From: Candidatus Kapaibacterium sp.
GTDB taxonomy: Bacteria; Bacteroidota; Ignavibacteria; Kapaibacteriales; UBA4661
NCBI GenBank assembly: GCA_025455065.1
Contig: JALONG010000011.1
Coordinates: forward strand, 27,738-91,737
Direction: 5' to 3'
Length of the DNA stretch: 64,000 bases
Shown: piece after piece, positions 1 through 7,825 of the stretch
How the letters are laid out: the number at the start of each line of letters is the position of its first letter
How positions within the stretch are numbered: position 1 is the stretch's first letter
The notes under the pieces: generated by a model
Told to the model about the DNA's origin: nothing
The model's input: only the letters and a program-made list of their open reading frames with translations
The model's database searches: none
Made by a program: the position numbers and the translations under genes

Positions 1-1
1 C

Positions 2-301
2 GGCATGACCAAAGTAGAGACAGACGCAGCAGTTGATGGCTTCCTCAAAACAGTCGGTGAAGCACTTGCTGATGGGGAACGCATTGAACTCCGCGATTTC
101 GGTGTTTTTGCCGTAAAAAAACGCCGCCCCCGCGCTGCTCGCAACCCGCGTACAGGCGAGCCGGTTGAGCTCGGTGAACGTTTCGTGCCGACCTTCAAAG
201 TTTCCCGCAAACTCCGCGCACGTGTTGATTCCAGCCTTAAATCCGGCAAATCTAAAAACGGCTCGGCAAGCAAAACGGCTGCGAAAAAAGCTTCGGCATA
301 A
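2..301 (+). CDS. HU/IHF-family DNA-binding protein, 5'-partial. Homology starts at the window edge and the first Met at 5 is internal. Lys/Ala-rich C-terminal tail.
   Basis: The translation TKVETDAAVDGFLKTVGEALADGERIELRDFGVFAVKKRRPRAARNPRTGEPVEL matches the HU arm/beta-ribbon consensus (RNPRTGE). A typical HU N-terminus (~18 aa) is missing upstream of position 1. Confidence 0.75.
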   Translation, partial: GMTKVETDAAVDGFLKTVGEALADGERIELRDFGVFAVKKRRPRAARNPRTGEPVELGERFVPTFKVSRKLRARVDSSLKSGKSKNGSASKTAAKKASA

Positions 302-514
302 TTGCCCTCTTTCGGCAGCGTCGGCGCTTGTTTGATTCAAGTTTGACGTAAGAGAATGCTTCTTGTCGCTTGAGTATTTTTTTCAGAGTCTCGCAAAGAA
401 ATTGCATCGCCCGACAAGGTTTGATGCGTCTTGCGAGGCTCTCCTTTCTTTCTCGTATTGGTGTCAGTATTGCTGCTGATGCTCGTTCCTTGAAACGCTT
501 CACTCTCCGTGTTC

Positions 515-1339
515 ATGCAATCACCCATTTCTACACCACAAGCAACAGAGCGCTTTTGCTCTACCTGCGGCGCTCGCAAACAAGCCGATTCGCCGCAAGA
601 AAAACACGTGCAGTTTTGCTCTTCGTGCGGTTTGGCACAATACACTGTGCCACAATCCGCTACACAGGCGAATACGCCTCGCGCAGTTGCTGTACCGCGT
701 TTTGCACTGGTTATTGCCTGCCTTGCGGTAGTCGTTGTAGGAAGTGTTTCATATGGCATCACTCGGCTTTTCGTGGAAAAACCCACTGAACAGGCACAAG
801 CACAAGCCGGAGCGGAAACAAGCAATGGTCGCGTTTCCCCGTCAGGTACTCCCGACGGAAGCGGTAATGCAAGCGGCAATCCGATGAGCAAGGTATCGCC
901 GGAAATCCAGCAGCGCATCGGCACACTTAGTGATTCCTTAGCAAAAGAGCCGAAAAATGCCAGTGTGTTGGTGCGATTGGCAAATGCGTGGTACGACGCA
1001 GGAGCATACTTCCAAGCCGAACAGCACTACGCCCGTTACTTGAACGAATTTAATCCAAAAGACGTTGCCGCACGGGTGGATTACGCCTACACCATTTTGC
1101 GACAGGGGCGCACTGACGAGGCAATCGTCGAAACAAAAAAGGCACTCGAATACGAACCGCAGCGCATTGAAGCAATGTACAATCTTGGCGTAATGTACTA
1201 CGGCAAAAAAGACTTCAAAACGTCCATTTCGTGGTTTGAAAAGTGCGCGGCGGCTTCGCCGAACACGGAAATTGCGAACAGCGCTAAAGAAATTATTGAA
1301 CGCATTACCAAAGAAATGGCGCAAAATCAAGGCTCATAA
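515..1339 (+). CDS. Membrane-anchored TPR-repeat protein with an N-terminal Cys4 zinc-ribbon.
   Basis: CSTCG...CSSCG zinc-ribbon motif, one hydrophobic TM segment (FALVIACLAVVVVGSV), and TPR-like helical repeats at the C-terminus. The track ORF starts with GTG at 509; the first ATG is at 515. Confidence 0.5.
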   Translation: MQSPISTPQATERFCSTCGARKQADSPQEKHVQFCSSCGLAQYTVPQSATQANTPRAVAVPRFALVIACLAVVVVGSVSYGITRLFVEKPTEQAQAQAGAETSNGRVSPSGTPDGSGNASGNPMSKVSPEIQQRIGTLSDSLAKEPKNASVLVRLANAWYDAGAYFQAEQHYARYLNEFNPKDVAARVDYAYTILRQGRTDEAIVETKKALEYEPQRIEAMYNLGVMYYGKKDFKTSISWFEKCAAASPNTEIANSAKEIIERITKEMAQNQGS

Positions 1340-1404
1340 GCCGTGATTCTCAAAACGAACAACTCATAATTAACAAATTCTTTCACTTTTTTCAGGAAAC
1401 CGCT

Positions 1405-1500
1405 ATGCCTTGCGGAAAAAAACGTAAACGTCATAAAATGGCGACCCACAAGCGGAAAAAACGCTTACGCAAAAACCGTCATAAAAAGAAAAAACGGTAA
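1405..1500 (+). CDS. Tiny, highly basic protein of 31 aa (MPCGKKRKRHKMATHKRKKRLRKNRHKKKKR). It resembles ribosomal protein bS22 of Actinobacteria and Bacteroidetes.
   Basis: ATG at 1405 and stop TAA at 1498-1500. It is below the 60-aa cutoff of the ORF track. The composition is extreme Lys/Arg, typical of bS22-like ribosomal mini-proteins. A strong intrinsic terminator follows. Confidence 0.5.
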   Translation: MPCGKKRKRHKMATHKRKKRLRKNRHKKKKR

Positions 1501-1559
1501 GTGGTATTGTTAGAGGAGTATCGGCTTAAAAGCCGCATCACTGCTCATACCGAAAGTAA

Positions 1560-1609
1560 GCAACGCGCTTTGGTTCGTCTGTGTTCCAAAGCGCGTTGCT
1601 GTTTTTTTT
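1560..1609 (+). terminator. Rho-independent terminator. Stem is GCAACGCGCTTTGG / CCAAAGCGCGTTGC, followed by T8.
   Basis: Perfect 14-bp inverted repeat with a 12-nt loop, followed immediately by TGTTTTTTTT on the + strand. Confidence 0.75.
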
Positions 1610-1634
1610 GCGAATATACTGCCATGCCCGAAAG

Positions 1635-1910
1635 CTATCGAATTTGTACCTCCAACGTTTTACCTAACGCAGAAGCATACTGAGAAAGCACCGACAACTT
1701 CACATCGTCGGCATGATTTTCAATATGCGAAATCTTGGCAACGGAAGTTTGGAGTTGAGTAGCTAACGCTTCTTGCGTCATTCCTTCCGATTGACGGGCT
1801 TGCCGAAGCATAGCGCCAATGGTAAACAGGGCGCCCCCTTCGTCGTAGCCATCAGCAAACTCCGCATCGCGCTCTTTGCGTTCTTTGATGTATCGCTGTA
1901 AGTCACTCAT
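1635..1910 (-). CDS. XRE-family helix-turn-helix protein, the HigA-like antitoxin of a type II TA pair.
   Basis: HTH_XRE signature ([33 protein letters not shown]). Its start overlaps the stop of the upstream toxin-like gene by 4 nt (ATGA coupling). Confidence 0.6.
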   Translation of the reverse strand: MSDLQRYIKERKERDAEFADGYDEGGALFTIGAMLRQARQSEGMTQEALATQLQTSVAKISHIENHADDVKLSVLSQYASALGKTLEVQIR

Positions 1911-2263
1911 GGATGAAGTTCCTTTCTACGGAAATAGTCGTTTTTGCGCTCTTCAGCAAGAGTAATTTCTTGCACGGGCGTTTTTTCACTTTTCTTTGAA
2001 AAACCGTTTGTCAAAATAACGAATTTACCTGTATCAAAAAAGCCGAGTAATCGTATAGCAAGACCGCTTGTTTGCACTCGCACTTCCCAAATATCATCCG
2101 TACCGGATAGTTTTTTGAGGTACTCACTTGGCACTCGTTCCAAACGCTCCACAAGTTCCAATGTCCATGTGACTTTGCGTGCTGTTTTCGCAGGCAAAGA
2201 ATCAAGAAATTCTTGAACAGGTACTTGTCCATTTGCCCTGGTATAAAATTGAACGCTTCTCAT
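1907..2263 (-). CDS. RelE/ParE-superfamily toxin (HigB / phage Gp49-like, COG4679-like).
   Basis: 118 aa. N-terminal motif [19 protein letters not shown] is typical of Gp49/HigB-like toxins. It sits upstream of and is translationally coupled to an XRE HTH gene, which is the toxin-first HigBA order. Confidence 0.5.
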   Translation of the reverse strand: MRSVQFYTRANGQVPVQEFLDSLPAKTARKVTWTLELVERLERVPSEYLKKLSGTDDIWEVRVQTSGLAIRLLGFFDTGKFVILTNGFSKKSEKTPVQEITLAEERKNDYFRRKELHP

Positions 2264-2424
2264 GGTTAAATATGAGTGTATATTTGTGTCAAATCTTTAG
2301 CAGCTTCGCGGAAATACTTGTTATTCCTACAAGAATCCGTAATTTTCTTTCTTCCTTTTGTAAACAATTTCACCGCTTGACAACGAATTACCAACATACT
2401 TTTTTTCCATTAATCGCACACACT

Positions 2425-2868
2425 ATGCTCTCCGAAACAATCAACGAACAAATGAAAACCGCTATGAAAAGCGGCGATAAACAACGGCTTGAAACCTTGC
2501 GCTCAATTCGCGCTCTTATTTTGGAATTTGAAAAAAGCGGCATTGGACGCGCTATGACTCCCGATGACGAGCAGAACCTCCTTATTTCCGCCGCCAAAAA
2601 ACGCAGAGATTCGATTGACCAGTTCCGCGCTGCCAAACGTGAAGACCTCGCCACCAAGGAAGAAGCCGAACTCGCCATTATTCAGGAATTTCTCCCGAAA
2701 CAACTCAGCGAAAGCGAAGTAGAAACCGTCGTCAAAGGCATTATCGAACAAGTCGGCGCAAAAACCCCGCAGGAAGTCGGTAAAGTCATGGGCGCTGCCA
2801 TGAAAGAACTGCGCGGCAAAGCCGACGGAAACCTCGTGCAGGCAGTAGCAAAGCGGCTTTTGGGGTGA
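2425..2868 (+). CDS. GatB/YqeY domain protein.
   Basis: MLSETINEQMKTAMKSGDKQRLETLRSIRA...PQEVGKVMGAAMKELRGKADGNLV is the characteristic YqeY family sequence. The 82-codon upstream extension in the track ORF overlaps the toxin gene on the opposite strand and has no homology. Confidence 0.8.
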   Translation: MLSETINEQMKTAMKSGDKQRLETLRSIRALILEFEKSGIGRAMTPDDEQNLLISAAKKRRDSIDQFRAAKREDLATKEEAELAIIQEFLPKQLSESEVETVVKGIIEQVGAKTPQEVGKVMGAAMKELRGKADGNLVQAVAKRLLG

Positions 2869-2970
2869 TTCGTTACTTAGGGCTTGGGTACTTGGGGCTT
2901 GGGTCATTCGTCATTGGGCGTAAGTGTATTGTTACCTGACTAATGACCAATGGCTAATGACCAATGGCTC
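2869..2970. repeat. Intergenic cluster of short degenerate repeats. Units are CTTGGGG / TTGGTCATT / TTGGGCGT. The sequence TAATGACCAATGGC occurs twice.
   Basis: TTACTTAGGGCTTGGGTACTTGGGGCTTGGGTCATTCGTCATTGGGCGTAAG ... CTAATGACCAATGGCTAATGACCAATGGC. It is homologous to 56211-56282 and, as reverse complement, to 7108-7181 inside mutS2. Confidence 0.7.
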
Positions 2971-3027
2971 AAAATGTGATTTCTGAACAATTTCAGAACA
3001 TTCATCCACCAATTTTTGCTTAGGTTT

Positions 3028-4059
3028 ATGGACATTCGAGAAGCACAAGTTGAAGATATTTTGGTCAATGCTCCTGCCTTGACCCGTGATATTCTACAAC
3101 TTTCCGAAGATCCAAGACTTGTTGCCCGTCAGATGATACTGCCTTCGGGACGATTAGATATGTTGTATGCGTACCAAAATAAGTTTCTCCTGCTGGAATT
3201 AAAAGTAGAAGCATTTCAACCCAAATTTCTCGACCAAGTTTTGAGCTATCAACAGGATTTGAACAGGTTACAAGATTCGGGGCGTTTATTCGGTGGCATG
3301 ATTCAACCATATCTTTTGTGCCCACATTTTGCAGAACGTCATAGAACCCTCGCGGCGAATGCCGGGGTGTTTTGCGTAGAGTATGAGCCAGAGGCGGTCT
3401 TGAAGTATTTTCACCAGCATTTGCGTCCAGTTGCAGCATTTTCTGATGTAAAGCCTATTGATATTGGCATTTGGAATCTTCACCTAATTCACAGCATCTT
3501 GTACTTTCTTGACCGAACAAGCAGTATTGCGGCATTAAGAGTGCTTGTCGGCGGCTCAAGCAAGACTCTCTACAACAAAATCCGCTTCGCTTCTGAACTT
3601 CGGCTTATCGAATGGGAAGCACATTCAGATGTAATTCACCTTTCCAAACTCGGGCAAAAGTATGTCAATGCCCGTGATACAATGTTCGATGACCGATTGA
3701 GCGAAAACCAAACGCATATTCTTCAGAAAATCATCATACAAAATCCGTTTGAATCATCGGTCATTCTCGGCATTGCATCTATGGTTGAAGCTGTTTTTGT
3801 TATGTCAAAAAATGTCTATCCTGTTCCGCTTGAGCAAGTGAGTGAGTTTTTCACCTTCCACTCAGGAAAGATGTACGATTGGAAAACTCCTAAAGCACGA
3901 TACAATGCGACCCGGATGTACTCTAACTATGCAGTAGATTTAGGGCTTCTGGCAAAAACAGACACATCTTTGTATCTCACTCCGCAAGGATATAAATTTA
4001 CGGCACAAATGCAATTACACAAAAGCCTTAAACTTGTTGATATTCTTGTAGTACAGTAA
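3028..4059 (+). CDS. Two-domain protein of unknown function. The N-terminal domain is a PD-(D/E)xK nuclease related to NucS C-terminal domain / DUF91. The C-terminal ~200 aa are uncharacterised.
   Basis: The motif GRLDMLYAYQNKFLLLELKVE matches the DUF91/NucS core G-x-I-D-L-L-x(8-10)-[LIV]-[LIV]-E-L-K, carrying the catalytic D and ExK. The track ORF begins with TTG at 3016; the first ATG is at 3028. Confidence 0.4.
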   Translation: MDIREAQVEDILVNAPALTRDILQLSEDPRLVARQMILPSGRLDMLYAYQNKFLLLELKVEAFQPKFLDQVLSYQQDLNRLQDSGRLFGGMIQPYLLCPHFAERHRTLAANAGVFCVEYEPEAVLKYFHQHLRPVAAFSDVKPIDIGIWNLHLIHSILYFLDRTSSIAALRVLVGGSSKTLYNKIRFASELRLIEWEAHSDVIHLSKLGQKYVNARDTMFDDRLSENQTHILQKIIIQNPFESSVILGIASMVEAVFVMSKNVYPVPLEQVSEFFTFHSGKMYDWKTPKARYNATRMYSNYAVDLGLLAKTDTSLYLTPQGYKFTAQMQLHKSLKLVDILVVQ

Positions 4060-4141
4060 TAATTTCCCCCAACACCGAACTCCGAAAAAAATAATCTCAT
4101 TGAACACTGCGACAATTAACAACCATTTCCCTTCATTTGCT

Positions 4142-4435
4142 ATGCAACTCTCACCCGCACTTTTTTGGGATGTACGTCCCGAAACAATAGATTGGGACGC
4201 TCATGCACGGTTTGTTATTGAGCGTGTTCTGACGCGGGGTACGCTGGAGGATTGGCGGACAATAGTGCGGTTTTACGGCTTAGAGCGTTTGGCTCAAGAG
4301 GTCGTACAAATGCGCTCCTTAGACCGACAGACGCTTGCCTTTTGCAGTGTGGTATTTGATATTCCGAAAGAACAATTTCGATGCTACAACAACTCCATTA
4401 CAACGCCGTCCCTGCGGAAACTTTGGGACTTTTGA
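4142..4435 (+). CDS. Small conserved protein of about 97 aa encoded immediately upstream of, and overlapping, the AbiEii-like gene. It is a putative cognate antitoxin/partner.
   Basis: ORF in a different frame overlapping the start of the 4381 nucleotidyltransferase gene by about 55 nt. The track start at 4100 is TTG; the first ATG is at 4142 (MQLSPALFWDV...). Confidence 0.35.
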   Translation: MQLSPALFWDVRPETIDWDAHARFVIERVLTRGTLEDWRTIVRFYGLERLAQEVVQMRSLDRQTLAFCSVVFDIPKEQFRCYNNSITTPSLRKLWDF

Positions 4436-5007
4436 GAGATTTACAAGCGCTGGAAATCTTGCGTTCGTCGTATCTTGTCGGCGGAACGGCGCTTGCACTC
4501 TATGTTGGACATCGCATTTCGGAAGATATTGATTTGTTTATTGCAGAAAGTTTTCAGCCTTCGGAATTAGAAGCAATCATTGCGCAAGGGCATTCGCTCA
4601 CGGAAACCGGACGCGCAAAAAACACTCTCAGCGCCCGTATTGATGGCGTGAAGGCTGATATTATCACCTTTGCCTATCCCATGCTTGAGCCTGTCGCAGA
4701 AGTAGAAGGCTTACGTTTGGCTTCAATACCCGATATTGCGGCAATGAAAATTTCCGCCATTATCAATCGCGGCGCGAAGAAAGATTTTTGGGACATTCAT
4801 CATCTGCTCAATCTCGTTTCTCTCGCGGAAATACTGGATTTTTTTCAGAAAAAATTCCGCCAACACGAGATTCTACACGCTCTTCGAGCCTTAACCTATT
4901 TCGATGATGCAGAAAATTTTCCCGACCCGATAACGCTTCTGCCCGTTACGTGGTCTCAAGTAAAAAAGGATATTTCCAACGCCGTACGGCACTTTTCGCG
5001 CCAATAA
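4381..5007 (+). CDS. AbiEii/AbiGii-family nucleotidyltransferase, the toxin component of type IV AbiE-like abortive-infection systems.
   Basis: LVGGTALALYVGHRISEDIDLF matches the AbiEii GGTAL...R.S.DID(L/F) nucleotidyltransferase signature. Size is 208 aa. Confidence 0.65.
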   Translation: MLQQLHYNAVPAETLGLLRDLQALEILRSSYLVGGTALALYVGHRISEDIDLFIAESFQPSELEAIIAQGHSLTETGRAKNTLSARIDGVKADIITFAYPMLEPVAEVEGLRLASIPDIAAMKISAIINRGAKKDFWDIHHLLNLVSLAEILDFFQKKFRQHEILHALRALTYFDDAENFPDPITLLPVTWSQVKKDISNAVRHFSRQ

Positions 5008-5035
5008 TTTTCGGACAATCTTCCCCAAACGCCTG

Positions 5036-7741
5036 ATGAATACTATTCTCCCAAATATCTCCACAAAAACCCTAATGCACGATACAATTACCGGCGATTC
5101 CCTCAACAACGACCTCGCAGAGCGCTCTTTGACGGAACTTGAGTTCCCCAAAGTCTTGGAGCGCCTTGCCGATATGACCTATTCTGAGCAGGGGCGCGAA
5201 ATTATTTTGAGCTTGCGCCCGAATCCGAATCTGCCCGAACTCCGCACCGAACTTGAGCGCGTGAACGAACTTGCACGGCTTATCAATCTCGGCGAACAGC
5301 TTCCGATGGAAGGTTTTGCCGATATTCGCCCGATGCTGCATAAATCCCGCATTGCAGGAGCTTTTTTGCAACCGTCGGAATTTCTCGCCGTGCGAGATGT
5401 TATGCGCTCTTCGCGTTTGACACGAAGTTTTTTCAACACACGCCGCGAGACCTTTCCCGTTATGGCGGAAACCTGTCAGCCCTTGCACGAAAATCGTCTT
5501 TTGGAAAAGCATATCGCCGATGCGATTGACGATGCGGGAAACGTGAAAGATACGGCTTCGCTGGAACTTGCACGGATTCGCCGCGACATTATTGACACTT
5601 CCAACAAGCTCCGAAGCCGCTTGCAGAAGATTTTGAAAAAAGTTGTTGAGGATGATGTCGTGCAAGAAGAGTTCATCACGCAGCGCGACGGGCGCTTTGT
5701 GCTACCGATGAAAACCGAGTATAAACGCCACATTCCGGGCATTATTCACAGCGTTTCGCAGACCGGTTCGACCGTGTTTGTGGAGCCTGCCGAGACTTTT
5801 GACATGAACAACGAACTGTCATTGCTCCACAGCGAAGAGCGCCGCGAAATTGAACGCATTTTGACCACGCTCACCCGCGAACTTGCCGAAGAAGCCGATG
5901 ATTTCTTGCGGTCTGTGGGCATTTTGGCGGTGATTGACGCTGCTTTGGCGAAAGCCCGCTATGCCCACGAGTTTGATGGTATCAAACCTGACATTACCGA
6001 TGAAAATGTGCTGGTGTTGTCGAATGTACGAAATCCTGTGCTGTTGCACAATATCAAGCGCGAAAAGCCGCATAAAAACGGCGTTTTGGCTGAAAACCGC
6101 TCAGAAAGCCGCTCGGAAAGAAGTTTGAAAAGTGTTGTTCCGCTTTCGATTGAGTTCGACGGCACACAAGACCTACAAACAAGTATTCATACGGTCTTTG
6201 GGCATTTGATTTCGGGACCCAATGCCGGCGGAAAAACCGTTGCCATGAAAAGTATCGGCTTGAACGTCGCAATGGCGCTTTCCGGCATTTTCCCGTGCGG
6301 CTATTGCAAAACCAATTTCCGCGAGGTTTTTTCGGCGATTGGCGACAATCAATCTATCGAAAACGACATGAGTACGTTTTCCTCGCAGATTTCGCGGTTG
6401 AAGGAAATTCTGATGAACTCGTCGGATTCTTCGCTGGTGCTGGTAGATGAAATCTGCTCCGGCACTGACCCGCAAGAAGGTTCGGCGCTGGCAGTGGGGA
6501 TTTTGGACGGGTTGCTGGCGCGGAAAGCGTTTTTCGTCGTCACCACGCACCAATCCTCGCTTAAAAGCTATGCTCTCACGCAAAACGGCATTATGAACGC
6601 CAGCATGGAATTTAACACCGACAAACTTGAGCCGACCTACAAGTTTTTATCAGGTGTTCCGGGCAATAGTTATGCCTTTGCTTTGGCACGCAATATCGGG
6701 CTTCCGCCGCGTGTCATGGAAAAAGCGCAAGAATACTTGGGCGATAAGCACAGCACACTCGAAGAAAGCATCGAAGTTATTCAGCAATACCGCCGCGAAG
6801 CAGAGAAAATGCGCCGCGAAAGCGAAGACACCAAGCGCCGCGCTGAACAGCGGAAAGCAGAATACGACCAAAAATTCAACGAGTTCAAGCAGAAGTATCA
6901 AGATTTGATGCGCCTTGCAAAGGATGAAGCAGCACAGATTGTTGCCAATGCCAACAAACTCGTTGAAAATACCATCCGCGACCTCCGCGAAGCCGCCAAA
7001 GAAGAACTCGAAATCGCCAAACGCGCCTTGGAGCAAGGAGTTTCGTTGAGGGATAAGGGCGAAGGGATTGAGCGCAGCGCTCAAGGGGATAAGGGCGCAC
7101 AGACACCCAATAACCAAGCCCCAAGTAACCAAGCCCCAAGTAACCAAGCAACCAAGCAACCAAGCAATCAAGCGACCAAAACCCTCGCCGATGTTCGTAG
7201 AGAATTTGAGGCAGAAAAACTGAAAGTGCAGCAAGCGGCTGAGAAGCAAGCACAGAAGCCGCTTGTGGAGGAAGTCGAAGAATTGGAAGAAGGCGACACC
7301 GTTACGATGGAAGATTTTGCAACGCCGGGGGTGATTGAAGCCATTGACCGCGAGACGGGAAGCGCTGTTGTGGAGTTTGATGCCGTGAAATTCCGCACCT
7401 CGCTGGACAAGCTCAAACGCGCCGGATCAAAGCAGGTCAAACAAGCAAAAAAACAGGCGGGAAGCGGTTTAGCAGGCGGAGTTGGTGTGAATTTCGACGC
7501 AAAAACCGAAATTGATTTGCGCGGAATGTACTCCGACGAAGCGATTAAAAACGTTGAACAGGCGATTGCGTCTGCTCTGACGGGCAATGTTCATTCGCTC
7601 CGAATCATTCACGGCAAAGGCACGGGCGCTTTGCGTCAGGCAATTCAACAACATTTGCAACATCATCCTGCAGTAAAAAGCTACCGCAATGGGCTTTTGA
7701 CCGAAGGCGGCGCAGGTGTAACGGTCGTGGAACTCCGATAA
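5036..7741 (+). CDS. mutS2: Endonuclease MutS2, comprising the MutS ATPase domains and a C-terminal Smr domain.
   Basis: Walker A GPNAGGKT, MutS signature region (LVLVDEICSGTDPQEG), and C-terminal Smr (IDLRGMYSDEAI...LRIIHGKGTGALRQAIQQHL). At 901 aa it is longer than usual because of an internal repeat-encoded low-complexity segment. Confidence 0.9.
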   Translation: MNTILPNISTKTLMHDTITGDSLNNDLAERSLTELEFPKVLERLADMTYSEQGREIILSLRPNPNLPELRTELERVNELARLINLGEQLPMEGFADIRPMLHKSRIAGAFLQPSEFLAVRDVMRSSRLTRSFFNTRRETFPVMAETCQPLHENRLLEKHIADAIDDAGNVKDTASLELARIRRDIIDTSNKLRSRLQKILKKVVEDDVVQEEFITQRDGRFVLPMKTEYKRHIPGIIHSVSQTGSTVFVEPAETFDMNNELSLLHSEERREIERILTTLTRELAEEADDFLRSVGILAVIDAALAKARYAHEFDGIKPDITDENVLVLSNVRNPVLLHNIKREKPHKNGVLAENRSESRSERSLKSVVPLSIEFDGTQDLQTSIHTVFGHLISGPNAGGKTVAMKSIGLNVAMALSGIFPCGYCKTNFREVFSAIGDNQSIENDMSTFSSQISRLKEILMNSSDSSLVLVDEICSGTDPQEGSALAVGILDGLLARKAFFVVTTHQSSLKSYALTQNGIMNASMEFNTDKLEPTYKFLSGVPGNSYAFALARNIGLPPRVMEKAQEYLGDKHSTLEESIEVIQQYRREAEKMRRESEDTKRRAEQRKAEYDQKFNEFKQKYQDLMRLAKDEAAQIVANANKLVENTIRDLREAAKEELEIAKRALEQGVSLRDKGEGIERSAQGDKGAQTPNNQAPSNQAPSNQATKQPSNQATKTLADVRREFEAEKLKVQQAAEKQAQKPLVEEVEELEEGDTVTMEDFATPGVIEAIDRETGSAVVEFDAVKFRTSLDKLKRAGSKQVKQAKKQAGSGLAGGVGVNFDAKTEIDLRGMYSDEAIKNVEQAIASALTGNVHSLRIIHGKGTGALRQAIQQHLQHHPAVKSYRNGLLTEGGAGVTVVELR
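7108..7181. repeat. In-frame tandem oligonucleotide repeat inside mutS2: (AACCAAGCCCCAAGT)x2 followed by (AACCAAGC)x3-4. It encodes NQAPSNQAPSNQATKQPSNQATK.
   Basis: Direct tandem copies are visible in the sequence. The reverse complement, TTGGTTACTTGGGGCTTGG, matches the intergenic repeat family at 2869-2970 and 56211-56282. Confidence 0.8.
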
Positions 7742-7755
7742 AACCTTGATTTTTG

Positions 7756-7800
7756 AGAGCCTTACAAGATATACGACCATCAAGGCTCTTCTCTTTTTTC
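7756..7800 (+). terminator. Possible intrinsic terminator downstream of mutS2. Stem is AGAGCCTT / AAGGCTCT, followed by a T-run.
   Basis: 8-bp stem with an 18-nt loop, followed by TCTCTTTTTTC. It is weak because of the large loop. Confidence 0.3.
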
Positions 7801-7825
7801 ATGCCTTTTGTTGTCGAGTGAGATT

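Noticed and set aside
252-924. Three overlapping ORFs from the track: 252-503 (-), 337-924 (-) and 370-789 (+).
   Set aside because: They overlap each other, the hupB 3' end and the well-supported TPR gene (515-1339) in other frames. They show no recognisable motifs and have biased, Cys/Arg-rich composition typical of out-of-frame translation.
2179-2424. An 82-codon N-terminal extension of the yqeY ORF in the track.
   Set aside because: The extension overlaps the toxin gene on the opposite strand and has no YqeY homology. Homology begins exactly at Met83 (2425).
7080-7190. Possible CRISPR-like array inside mutS2.
   Set aside because: The units are directly abutting 8-15-bp microsatellite-like repeats without unique spacers, and they are in-frame within a coding region. 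This is not a CRISPR array.
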